The translations under genes were made by a program, and so were the position numbers. Positions 1 to 8,435 of a stretch of 64,000 nucleotides of DNA are shown here, piece by piece. Under the pieces are notes generated by a model. That model made no database searches. It was given only the letters and a program-made list of their open reading frames with translations, and had not been told where the DNA came from. This DNA comes from a virus. Where the stretch lies: IMG/VR virus record IMGVR_UViG_3300044714_000124, positions 5,577 to 69,576 of that record, one strand, 5' to 3'. The stretch's first letter is position 1. Every line of letters starts with the position of its first letter.

Positions 1-686
1 TGGCCGTCAAGTCGCGTCGATCGGTCCTTCTGGACGATGGCGCGGTGAATGATCTTGTTGGTGCGCAGATCTTCGACCTGTTCCATGTACACTAACAGCG
101 AGGGCTCAAACCCTGTTTCGCCTTCGGTCTTCATCTTGGTTCCGACTTTTTCGATGTGGCGTTTGCCCTGGTCGTCTTTGTAGTCGTCGAATTCGTAGCC
201 GGCCCTGCCGCACATGATGATGTGAAGCTTGGAGTTGATGAAGCGATCGGTGAACTTTGCCCATCCATGTTCGCCTTTGAGATAGCCCCAATCTTCCATC
301 TGCAAAAACGTGCGCTGTTTCTTGCGCATGTGAGCTTCGCACAACTCCCGCCACGGATGGGTGATCGAGTCAATGATGAGGATGGAGGCGCCGGCCTCGG
401 CCTCGTTGAGAACCGCGAGAAGATCGGCAAAGCTGCGTCGCTTGGCGGCGACGAACGGCACGTTCGCCTTGTGAAAGTCCTCGATCAGCCAGTCGCTCCC
501 GGTCTCGGTGTCAAAAAAAGCGACCGGTTTGTTGCGGCAGTCGAGGCCCTTGGATTGCATGTATTTGTAGAGGCCGATCGCGGTCTTGCCGGCGGTCTTG
601 GTTTTGCCGGACCCCTGGAAGCCCAGGAGCCCCATTTTGAGGTAGGCCGAGGTAAACTTCGCGGGTTGCAGAAGTGAAAGTGTCAT
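1..686 (-). CDS. AAA/Sak4-like ATPase (phage recombination protein), runs off the window start
   Basis: Manual translation from ATG at 686 (absent from the ORF track because there is no stop in the window): MTLSLLQPAKFTSAYLKMGLLGFQGSGKT (Walker A), FFDTETGS, ILIIDSITHPW (Walker B). Purine-rich RBS upstream. Confidence 0.75.
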   Translation of the reverse strand, partial: MTLSLLQPAKFTSAYLKMGLLGFQGSGKTKTAGKTAIGLYKYMQSKGLDCRNKPVAFFDTETGSDWLIEDFHKANVPFVAAKRRSFADLLAVLNEAEAGASILIIDSITHPWRELCEAHMRKKQRTFLQMEDWGYLKGEHGWAKFTDRFINSKLHIIMCGRAGYEFDDYKDDQGKRHIEKVGTKMKTEGETGFEPSLLVYMEQVEDLRTNKIIHRAIVQKDRSTRLDG

Positions 687-1129
687 GTAAAGCCCCTTTG
701 ATTTGGTTGGTTGACGTCAGATCGGCGGACAGGCGATGCAGTAGATCGCGAGCCACACCGCAACGGCGATGGTCGCCGTGATGATCTCGGCGATCGTCAT
801 ATCTGCACAAACGCCACGGCGTCGGCCGACAGACAGCGCGAATGCTTGGCGTGGGATAGCGCCACGAGATTGAGGTAGCTGGCAACGACAAGCCCGCCGA
901 TGACGATCATGACGGCGGCGGCCGAGTAGGTTTTGATGATCATGGTATGCCCCTTTGGCTGGTTGACGTTTCAACTATCCACCGAAACTCTTAATGCTTG
1001 GTTAATGCGATCAAAAGAAACTCCCCAGAAGCCCTGAGCTGGGAGGCCGGTAAGGCCCCTGGGGAGGCCGCGACCGCAGCGAGCCGGCGGGCGGGTACGT
1101 CGTTGGCTGGTTTGCCCGCCGGGGGCGAC

Positions 1130-1456
1130 TTATGACGGTCGTGGTTTTCGAAACAATGCTGTAGCACTGTCTTTAATCCTGTCGAGGAAGCCTTTGTGGC
1201 CATATCGCGGAAGATCGTGTATTTTGCAGCGGAACAGGCGCTCGACGCGGCGTTGTGTTGCATCGTCGTAGTAGCCGGCATAATAGCCGATGTTCTCTCG
1301 TTCGATTGCTTCGGCTGTGTCACGAGCGCGGCCGAAACTCATATTGTGTGTGACGCATTTTTCGAAATAAGCGTCAGCCTCCGATTGATCGGTGATTTTC
1401 ATCGCTGGGTCGTATTTTTGGCCTATGGTGATGTCCTTCGAAAAACTCTCGCTCAT
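1130..1456 (-). CDS. hypothetical phage protein
   Basis: 108-aa ORF with AAGGA RBS, part of the minus-strand early gene run. Confidence 0.6.
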   Translation of the reverse strand: MSESFSKDITIGQKYDPAMKITDQSEADAYFEKCVTHNMSFGRARDTAEAIERENIGYYAGYYDDATQRRVERLFRCKIHDLPRYGHKGFLDRIKDSATALFRKPRPS

Positions 1457-1479
1457 ATGGTATCCTTTCCTTTTCGGTT

Positions 1480-1647
1480 TCAGTCCTGAAGCGGTCTTTG
1501 ATCTTCAAAAGCGTCGATAGCGTTACGCAAGAGGCTGATTTGCGCAGTTCCAACTTCGTGACCGTCTTCCATCAATCGACACACGAAATCAGATATTTTG
1601 CGCAAGTGGTCTATCTTGTTGATTGTTTTGTTTTCATACGCTGTCAT
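1480..1647 (-). CDS. hypothetical protein
   Basis: MTAYENKTINKIDHL..., AGGAG RBS upstream of the ATG. Confidence 0.45.
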   Translation of the reverse strand: MTAYENKTINKIDHLRKISDFVCRLMEDGHEVGTAQISLLRNAIDAFEDQRPLQD

Positions 1648-1740
1648 GTCAGGCTCCTGCTTTCTTGTTTTGAATAGGCGCTCGCGCAGCTTTAACCGGT
1701 GGCACAATTCCGCCGCGCGAGCGCCCGATCGGCCACAACG

Positions 1741-2190
1741 CTAGACCGGCGCGGCCGCAAGCGTATAGTAATCATGTTCGGCATGCTCGGGATCGGCGAG
1801 TTCCTCGGCAATGCGCTGCTCGATATAGGCGGTGTAGCGCTTGTCGAAAGCGTCGAGGATCAAGAGATAAAGCCGCTCGTCGCGGTCGGCATCAAGGTTG
1901 GCGAGCGTGGCGCGGTTCAAGGTGCCGAATTTGTAGTTCTCGCACTGAATTCGCAGATTGGTCACGTGCCAGTCGCCGGAGTGGTCGTATTCGACTTCCG
2001 CCCATCCATCGACCAGGAGAGCGCAAAGCGTCTCGCCCTTGTGTTGATAGGAGAACAGCGGCAACTCTTCGATCGGCAGTGAAAACCCGTAGGGATAAAC
2101 GCCGGGCCAGCCATGTGCTGCCGAGGCCGGACTGATGGAGGTTGCGGGCGACGGTGAAACGAGTGTAAGGTGGGTGGTATCCTGAACCAT
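1741..2190 (-). CDS. hypothetical phage protein
   Basis: 149-aa ORF with protein-like composition, in the early gene run. Confidence 0.55.
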   Translation of the reverse strand: MVQDTTHLTLVSPSPATSISPASAAHGWPGVYPYGFSLPIEELPLFSYQHKGETLCALLVDGWAEVEYDHSGDWHVTNLRIQCENYKFGTLNRATLANLDADRDERLYLLILDAFDKRYTAYIEQRIAEELADPEHAEHDYYTLAAAPV

Positions 2191-2313
2191 GGTTAAGCCC
2201 CTAAGTGGTTTGGGTTGAGGCCGGATGGGAGTTGCTGTGGGAAGGGCTCCCGTCCGGCTTGATCGGCTGGTCGCCGTTGATGGCCTCTGGGGAGGCCATG
2301 GGCTGCGATCAGG

Positions 2314-2586
2314 TTAGTTGCACGCGAATTGTCGGCCGTGGTTTTTGCCGCCGCAAGAGCATTCGCAGTTCATGCTTTTGCCGGTTGCTCCCATGCAACG
2401 AGCGTCGCATTCATGCTTCGAGGGGAATGCTTTATATTGAATGCGGCGCGTGACCTTGATCCATTTCTTGCCATCAGGGTCCCATCCCCACGTACCGCCG
2501 TTCAGGCCGGCGCCGCCGCGATGATCGATGTTGGTCACTCGAATAACCCGATCTGCGACGTCGGCGAAGTATCGGATGTTTGCCAT
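2314..2586 (-). CDS. small Cys/His-rich (Zn-binding) phage protein
   Basis: Motif HECDARCMGATG...CECSCGGKNHG. Confidence 0.65.
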   Translation of the reverse strand: MANIRYFADVADRVIRVTNIDHRGGAGLNGGTWGWDPDGKKWIKVTRRIQYKAFPSKHECDARCMGATGKSMNCECSCGGKNHGRQFACN

Positions 2587-2621
2587 TTCCGTGTTCCCCG
2601 TTTCGATGACCAGACCATATC

Positions 2622-2708
2622 ACAAGTGTAACACACCGCAACACACTTTTCAGCATAGCTGATCCGCGTAAGGTGCAACACACTTATCGGAAAGTGTGTT
2701 GCACTTGT
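2622..2708. promoter_or_regulatory. divergent control region with repeated GCAACACAC operator-like boxes and a 13-bp perfect palindrome
   Basis: GTGCAACACACTT (2673-2685) and AAGTGTGTTGCAC (2692-2704) are inverted copies; further boxes at 2627-2636 and 2638-2648; lies directly upstream of an RHH gene. Confidence 0.6.
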
Positions 2709-2736
2709 CGGTGTGTATGTGCTAGGGACCCGCCCC

Positions 2737-3006
2737 ATGTCCGGCACGTCGACCCGCACCAAGTATTTTTCATTGCGTCTGCCCAATGCTTTGTGGAGCG
2801 AGCTTCAGCACAGAGCGAATGCGCGGGGAACCTCGATGTCATTCGAGATGCTGTCGGGATTGACGCTGTTGCCGGCGCGCGAGGAAGCACTGATTGACGC
2901 ATGGCGGGCGCTTGAACGCGACAAACCAAGCCGCAGCGAGGCCGTCAGGCGGCTGGTATTGAGGCAATTACGGGGACGGAAGCCACGGGAGGGATTGGAT
3001 GGCTAA
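2737..3006 (+). CDS. ribbon-helix-helix (Arc/CopG-like) DNA-binding protein
   Basis: KYFSLRLPNALWSELQHRANARGTSM and IDAWRA...PSRSEAVRRLV are two RHH-like segments; overlaps the start of the effector gene. Confidence 0.7.
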   Translation: MSGTSTRTKYFSLRLPNALWSELQHRANARGTSMSFEMLSGLTLLPAREEALIDAWRALERDKPSRSEAVRRLVLRQLRGRKPREGLDG

Positions 3007-4366
3007 GCGCACGAGACCGGTCGATGGCGTCAATCGCCGTTATACGTGGCGGCTCTATCCGCTGCGCGAGCAGGAGGAAATTCTCTGGCAGCAAGCGCGG
3101 ATGTGCGCCGATCTGTGGAATGCGCTGCTTGAGATGTGCGAGACGATCGAACAGCGCCTGCATCAGCGGCTGTCGTGGATCGACGGCGTTGGCGGCCGGC
3201 ATCGCGGCGTGGTCACTCATGATGAGTGTTGGTACATGACGGCTCAGGGTCCGAGTCGTCATCCGCCCGACGGTGACGCCGAGAAAGCGCGCCGTAGCGG
3301 CCTGCCGTCGGAATACGACATGGGTTATTGGATCACCGCGATGCTGCGCGAATTACCTGAGTGGCGGGCGCTCTCGACCTGGACGCCGCGCCGGGTGGCG
3401 ACCAGTTTGACGGCGGCTTGGAAAGCATTCTTTCGGCGCGTGCGCGAAGGGCAAACCGGTGCCGAGGCCGGCTATCCGCGCTATAAGTCGCGGCGCAAGG
3501 CCGCAAGCGTGCCGCACCGCTCGGTGAGCGGGTGCACCTTCGAGAAGTCGGCGACCCATCCGCGGGCCTGGGCGTTGCATCTCAAGGGCGTCGGCGGTCC
3601 TGGATGGAGCGGGATCGGTTGGGGCACTTACGGGCTCGATGCTGGAATTCCCGCTTTGGGCGTTGTGCGCCTTGCGGCAGCGCCGACCGAATGGCTCGAC
3701 GTCGATGTGGTACATCGCGGCGGCCATTGGGAGGCGTCGGCTGCGGTCGCGATCGCGGCGCCGCGGGTCGCGGGCAACCGGCCGGTCACTGTACGGCTGG
3801 ACCTGCTCGACGGGTTTTGTCTGGTCAACAACATGCCTGACACGCCGCCCGAACTTGTCGATGCCGCGATAGTGGCGGAAGATTGCGATCGGCTGCAAAC
3901 TGAGTTTGATCTGCGCTGGCCGCGCGGCAGGCGGTTGACGGATGATGAGCGCCGGAGCCGGGAAGCAGAATGGGGGGTCATCGCTCGCAAAATGAGACAT
4001 GTCGCCGACAAGCGCCGTAACGCGCTGCATGTCTGGTCGGCGCGCCTGGTGGCCCGCGCGAGCGTTATCACGGTGATCATGCCGGCGCCGAAATCGGCAA
4101 CGCGCAGTGCGCGCGGCGATGAAAAACAATGGGGTGCGGCCGTGGCTGACGTGGCGCGGGTGAACCGGGGCGCCTTGAATTTTGCACCGGCGATGGCGGC
4201 GCAGATGCTGCGATACAAGGCGGGCGAGGCGGGCATTGCCTGCACAATAGTCGAGGATAGCGAGCCTAAGCTGGCCGTGGCGCCTCGATTGGTGCAGGCG
4301 GTAAAAACCGTGAGGACCGCATCGCGCGGTGTGCGGCGGCCGGCGGTGTTACGTCATGCCGATTGA
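2999..4366 (+). CDS. TnpB-derived compact Cas12-like RNA-guided protein, predicted nuclease-dead (Cas12m/TldR-like)
   Basis: TnpB N-terminus RRYTWRLYP...EQ...LWNALL; AWKAFF...GYPRYKSR; degenerate RuvC-I (VTVRLDLL); RuvC-II ITVIMPAPKSATRSARG has Ile at the Glu position; LRYKA..AG motif; no CxxC Zn finger or RuvC-III; adjacent CRISPR array. Confidence 0.85.
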   Translation: MAKRTRPVDGVNRRYTWRLYPLREQEEILWQQARMCADLWNALLEMCETIEQRLHQRLSWIDGVGGRHRGVVTHDECWYMTAQGPSRHPPDGDAEKARRSGLPSEYDMGYWITAMLRELPEWRALSTWTPRRVATSLTAAWKAFFRRVREGQTGAEAGYPRYKSRRKAASVPHRSVSGCTFEKSATHPRAWALHLKGVGGPGWSGIGWGTYGLDAGIPALGVVRLAAAPTEWLDVDVVHRGGHWEASAAVAIAAPRVAGNRPVTVRLDLLDGFCLVNNMPDTPPELVDAAIVAEDCDRLQTEFDLRWPRGRRLTDDERRSREAEWGVIARKMRHVADKRRNALHVWSARLVARASVITVIMPAPKSATRSARGDEKQWGAAVADVARVNRGALNFAPAMAAQMLRYKAGEAGIACTIVEDSEPKLAVAPRLVQAVKTVRTASRGVRRPAVLRHAD

Positions 4367-4724
4367 TCCGGCAATCGCGACTGAAATTGCCGCGCTCGAC
4401 GAGTCGATGGCGATGGCGAGAGCGGCTTTCGATGGCGCCGAAAGCGTCTTCGATTCGACGGCGTCGATCGCCGGCAAGCGGAAAATCGAAATCGCACATA
4501 TCGAGCTTGGTGCCGCGCGAGCCATGATCAACGCGACGCGGCTGCGATTGCTCGGGCGTTTGATGGCGCCGCGATTGTTGCGGCACGAGGCATTAACGGT
4601 GGGAACCGCCGCCGTGGTTGCGAGCGCTGCGGCGCCGCGTTCTGTGCCGGGAGCGCTCGATGCGGAAAATATCAGTTCCAACAATAACTTGCGCGGTGGC
4701 CGAAAGGGAGTTGATGAATCATGA
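4356..4724 (+). CDS. small helical protein between the effector and the CRISPR array
   Basis: ATG at 4356 overlaps the effector end; 122 aa, Ala-rich amphipathic helices. Confidence 0.5.
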   Translation: MPIDPAIATEIAALDESMAMARAAFDGAESVFDSTASIAGKRKIEIAHIELGAARAMINATRLRLLGRLMAPRLLRHEALTVGTAAVVASAAAPRSVPGALDAENISSNNNLRGGRKGVDES

Positions 4725-4795
4725 CATGGGAAGAGAAAGAGCGCTCGCAAAGGTCACAAAAATGATAGGATGGACAAGAGGATATGGGTTACCGG

Positions 4796-5792
4796 GTGTT
4801 GCGGCCCGGCTCGCCGGGACGGAAGCGAGATGTGGTTACCGAATTACATTGGTCGCGGACGGCCATGGTGTTGCGGCCCGGCTCGCCGGGACGGAAGCGA
4901 GATAACCACTCCCTAGCACAGATCGCTGTGTTTGCAAACAGGTGTTGCGGCCCGGCTCGCCGGGGGGGAAGCGAGATGAGCAGATCGGCAACCGCGCGAC
5001 GCATTCTCTGCACGGGGGTGTTGCGGCCCGGCTCGCCGGGGAGGAAGCGAGATGTTCAGCGCCTCGACGCATTCGCCGACGAAGATGTGCAGGGTGTTGC
5101 GGCCCGGCTCGCCGGGGAGGAAGCGAGATGGGTTGCCGACGCGCCCAACTGGACGGGTGACCAAAGGTGTTGCGGCCCGGCTCGCCGGGACGGAAGCGAG
5201 ATGGGGGCGGAGTCCGAGGAGGGGCCGACGGCGGAGCCTTGTGTTGCGGCCCGGCTCGCCGGGACGGAAGCGAGATAGCGGAATGAAACCAATTCCGACG
5301 GCCTTTGCCGATTGTGTTGCGGCCCGGCTCGCCGGGAAAGAAGCGAGATGAACCTTGCGGCCCCAGCATTTCCGACCGCGCTATGTGCGAGTGTTGCGGC
5401 CCGGCTCGCCGGGGCGGAAGCGAGATAAAAAATAGAGCCGGGAAACATCCTGATTCCGTGGATGTGTTGCGGCCCGGCTCGCCGGGGCGGAAGCGAGATG
5501 TCTTAATTTGGTTGAGGGCGGTGGCTGTCGTCGCCCGGTGTTGCGGCCCGGCTCGCCGGGGAGGAAGCGAGATTGGCGCGCCGGCTGATAAACGGACGCA
5601 ACACCCTTTGTGTTGCGGCCCGGCTCGCCGGGGAGGAAGCGAGATCGGATCATGTGAACCCCCAACAACCGGGGCCGCGCGGAGGGTGTTGCGGCCCGGC
5701 TCGCCGGGACGGAAGCGAGATCAGCAGACAAGCCTGGCAAATTCGCGGCCGGGATTGTGTTGCGGCCCGGCTCGCCGGGGAGGAAGCGAGAT
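4796..5792 (+). CRISPR. CRISPR array 1: 14 repeats, 13 spacers (35-41 nt)
   Basis: 36-nt repeat GTGTTGCGGCCCGGCTCGCCGGG(ACG/GAG/GCG/GGG/AAA)GAAGCGAGAT starting at 4796, 4868, 4942, 5018, 5094, 5167, 5241, 5314, 5391, 5464, 5538, 5610, 5686, 5757. Strand inferred from the effector orientation. Confidence 0.98.
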
Positions 5793-5821
5793 AAGGTTTC
5801 CACATGGAAGGCAAATAAACA

Positions 5822-5983
5822 ATGTATGATCTGCTTTCACTACCCTATACCACGCTGTCCGTGATCGCCATGCAGACGGCGCGCGAAATCGACCGTGGCG
5901 CATGGCAGAAACGCGCGCGGCTTGAGGCAATTTTTCGCGAAATGCGATCACGGCTGGAATTGGCGTCTTTGGAGGACCAATGA
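5822..5983 (+). CDS. small hypothetical protein (53 aa)
   Basis: MYDLLSLPYTTLSVIAMQTAREIDRG...; the stop overlaps the next ATG (ATGA). Confidence 0.45.
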   Translation: MYDLLSLPYTTLSVIAMQTAREIDRGAWQKRARLEAIFREMRSRLELASLEDQ

Positions 5984-6702
5984 GCCGCGGTGATCGCAGG
6001 CATCATGATCTGAGCGGTCGTGAGATGGATCGGTTGCTGGACGATGTACTTGCGAATCCGGCAATCAAGGCTCGTCTGGCGCGGCGCTATCGACTGCTGA
6101 CGATCTACGATATCGCGCTGCTCGGTTCATCCTCGATCGGTGGCGCTCATGTCTATCTTGACCGGCATCTGCGGGAGAATGGTCAGCCCTATGGTGTTCT
6201 GAAAATCAAAGGGGGGCCTTTCGATGTCCGCCCGCATCTGGTGGGGCACGAGCGCCTTGAGCAGGCGATCGAGGATGTGTTGGGGTGGCCCTATTTCATG
6301 CTGGCGCACCCTCTGGCTACACACGCGGAGAATCGCAGCGTGATAATGAGAGGCGGCGACCCTACCGCCTATGAAGCTGCGCTGAAACCGTTTATCAAGG
6401 CTGACGAATCGGAGCGCATCACCAAGACGCCGTCCGATCTTGACATGCGCCCTCTGATGGCATGGGGTGACGACAAGGTGATTGCGCAGGTCAAGGCAGT
6501 AGCGCAGAAGGAAAAACGCGACCATGCAAGCGTCGGCTATGTAGGGCAATCGCAACGCTCCGGTCAGCAATGCAGCAAGTGCGCGATGTTCATCGCGGAA
6601 AAATACGGTGGTCCGGCCTGCACGGGGGTGCAGAGTCCCATAGCGCCGGATGGATGGTGCCGGCGGTTTAACGCCGGCAAGCTGGATGCTCCGGGAGATT
6701 GA
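5980..6702 (+). CDS. protein with C-terminal HiPIP-like [4Fe-4S] motif
   Basis: GYVGQS...QCSKCAMF...ACTGVQSPIAPDGWCRRF matches the HiPIP Cys pattern. Confidence 0.6.
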   Translation: MSRGDRRHHDLSGREMDRLLDDVLANPAIKARLARRYRLLTIYDIALLGSSSIGGAHVYLDRHLRENGQPYGVLKIKGGPFDVRPHLVGHERLEQAIEDVLGWPYFMLAHPLATHAENRSVIMRGGDPTAYEAALKPFIKADESERITKTPSDLDMRPLMAWGDDKVIAQVKAVAQKEKRDHASVGYVGQSQRSGQQCSKCAMFIAEKYGGPACTGVQSPIAPDGWCRRFNAGKLDAPGD

Positions 6703-6705
6703 TCG

Positions 6706-6933
6706 ATGCCCTATACGATGCCCTCCGGCGACCTTGCTCGCTGCATCACACACGAGGCCGACGAATCATGGCCGGTGATGATCGAGATCGTCGCCTATTT
6801 CGGGGAGGGGCGGCGCAAGCGGCGGTCGGTGGAAATACCGGCTGATCAGTTCTTCGGGCGGAATGGTTTCGGCGCGCCGATGTCCGGTGAGCAGATTGTG
6901 ATGATGATCGATAAGCTCCGGAGGCAAAAGTGA
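6706..6933 (+). CDS. hypothetical protein
   Basis: 75-aa ORF tightly packed in the operon. Confidence 0.55.
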   Translation: MPYTMPSGDLARCITHEADESWPVMIEIVAYFGEGRRKRRSVEIPADQFFGRNGFGAPMSGEQIVMMIDKLRRQK

Positions 6934-7115
6934 TTTCTGACGACGAACTGGTGAAAATCGCAAAAGTGTTGGCTACCGCTGACGGCGGGTGTCCCTCTTG
7001 CGTCCCTGCGATTTTCCGAGTATTCGTCGAGAGTTTTCCTGAGCACTCGGCGCGGATGAAAGAGTTATATCATCTAGTATATGACGATGAATATAATTTC
7101 TGGGAGGATGATTGA
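6930..7115 (+). CDS. hypothetical protein (CxxC)
   Basis: TADGGCPSCV; overlapping start/stop codons with both neighbours. Confidence 0.55.
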   Translation: MISDDELVKIAKVLATADGGCPSCVPAIFRVFVESFPEHSARMKELYHLVYDDEYNFWEDD

Positions 7116-7633
7116 TGAAAACCAGCGACGACGGCCGACGACTGATCGAGGCGTTTGAGGGACTGTTTTTGTCGGCCTACGACGATGCCGATGATCGGAT
7201 CATGAAGCTCGGTCAGGTCGTTCGCGGGACACTGACAATCGGTTACGGGCACACTTCTGCCGCAGGGCCGCCCAAAGTATATATCGGCATGACGATCACG
7301 CACGAGGAAGCGGATTCATTTCTTTCCTCCGACCTGACCAGCGTCGAGTTGGAAATCGCCCATCTGGTGAAGGTGAGCCTCGATCAACAGCAGTTTGATG
7401 CGCTGGTCTCGTTCCAGTACAACACCGGCTGGCTGGCGCATCGTCAATGCTCGCTGCTGGCAGCGCTTAATGCGGGAAATTACGATTTGGCTGACAAGGA
7501 TTTTGGGCTATACGACGAAGCCGCCGGCAAGGTCCTTGCCGGCTTGCAGCGGCGCCGGAGGGCCGAGGCTTTGATGTTCTCCGGCAAAGTGCAGCAGGCG
7601 TTTGCTGTGGCGGGGGTGCCGGTTGTATCATGA
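7115..7633 (+). CDS. endolysin, lysozyme (GH24-like)
   Basis: LIEAFEGLFLSAYDD...LTIGYGHT...QQQFDALVSFQYNTG...GLQRRRRAEALMF. Confidence 0.92.
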   Translation: MKTSDDGRRLIEAFEGLFLSAYDDADDRIMKLGQVVRGTLTIGYGHTSAAGPPKVYIGMTITHEEADSFLSSDLTSVELEIAHLVKVSLDQQQFDALVSFQYNTGWLAHRQCSLLAALNAGNYDLADKDFGLYDEAAGKVLAGLQRRRRAEALMFSGKVQQAFAVAGVPVVS

Positions 7634-8117
7634 CGGCCCGGCTCGCCGGGGCGGAAGCGAGATCGCAACGTCGCAACGTCGCAACGCCGCAACGCCGACA
7701 ACTGTTGACAGAGGTGTTGCGGCCCGGCTCGCCGGGGAGGAAGCGAGATATTAAAGTTAACGAAGACATCCTAAGTCATCGACAAGGTGTTGCGGCCCGG
7801 CTCGCCGGGACGGAAGCGAGATATATCCCAAAATAATGCTTGCTAGTTCGAATAGCAAGGTGTTGCGGCCCGGCTCGCCGGGGCGGAAGCGAGATAACCA
7901 CTCCCTAGCACAGATCGCTGTGTTTGCAAACAGGTGTTGCGGCCCGGCTCGCCGGGGGGGAAGCGAGATAAAAAATAGAGCCGGGAAACATCCTGATTCC
8001 GTGGATGTGTTGCGGCCCGGCTCGCCGGGACGGAAGCGAGATGATCCAAATCTTGTACGTCTTATCAATCGCCTCATTGATGTGTTGCGGCCCGGCTCGC
8101 CGGGGAGATAGCGAGAT
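7628..8117 (+). CRISPR. CRISPR array 2: 7 repeats, 6 spacers, same repeat as array 1
   Basis: Repeats at 7628 (5'-degenerate, overlaps the endolysin stop), 7714, 7787, 7860, 7934, 8007, 8082; two spacers are identical to array 1 spacers. Confidence 0.97.
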
Positions 8118-8296
8118 CAAGAAGTCGTGGATGCGTCCCACAACGCCAGCAAGGCGTTCATTCTTTCGTCCTGCCTGGCGAGTTCCAGCCACGATTGAGC
8201 GATCGACAAGCGCAACAAGCGTTCCCGCGGTGGGAATGCCAGTGCCGCGCTCAGGCATTCAGCGGCAATCAGGCGGTATCGTTGCCAGTTCTGCAT
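8117..8296 (-). CDS. small protein (59 aa) resembling short helical proteins common in rhizobial genomes
   Basis: Manual translation MQNWQRYRLIAAECLSAALAFPPRERLLRLSIAQSWLELARQDER; AAGGA RBS. Confidence 0.5.
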   Translation of the reverse strand: MQNWQRYRLIAAECLSAALAFPPRERLLRLSIAQSWLELARQDERMNALLALWDASTTS

Positions 8297-8435
8297 GGTC
8301 CATCCTTCCCCATGCGCATCTTAACCTGACGGCATGACGGGTCTGTGCAAAATTGATCGAGTGTCGATCTTTTTTTGCCATCAGTGCTTGATAAACGTAT
8401 AAGCTGACGCTCATGCGCTTGATGGAGTGACTCAA

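Noticed and set aside
156-677. Plus-strand 173-aa ORF and other long antisense ORFs (e.g. 17239-18369, 50201-52066)
   Set aside because: Shadow ORFs of GC-rich genes on the opposite strand, which carry the recognisable motifs
2591-2600. GTGTTCCCCG resembling the start of a type I-E repeat
   Set aside because: No remainder of the repeat; it is the RBS region of the minus-strand gene
2718-2728. 11-nt match (TCCCTAGCACA) between the duplicated spacer 4904-4941 and the region upstream of the RHH/effector operon, suggesting autoregulation
   Set aside because: The match is internal and excludes the spacer 5' end; several 11-mers are expected by chance across about 20 spacers and 64 kb
2999-4366. 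IS200/IS605 transposon carrying an ordinary TnpB
   Set aside because: No tnpA or recognisable IS ends, degenerate catalytic motifs and an adjacent multi-spacer array
5054-5166. Weak similarity of array 1 spacers 4 and 5 to coding sequence near 28605 and 34445
   Set aside because: Short, interrupted matches without conserved peptide over the full spacer, unlike units A-C
4618-5829. Many ORFs across array 1 (and 7467-8337 across array 2)
   Set aside because: They are translations of CRISPR repeats (VLRPGSPGRKRD periodicity), not genes
8071-8080. GCCTCATTGA inside an array 2 spacer resembling the I-G-like repeat end
   Set aside because: Only 10 nt, at the spacer 3' end, with no hairpin; likely chance
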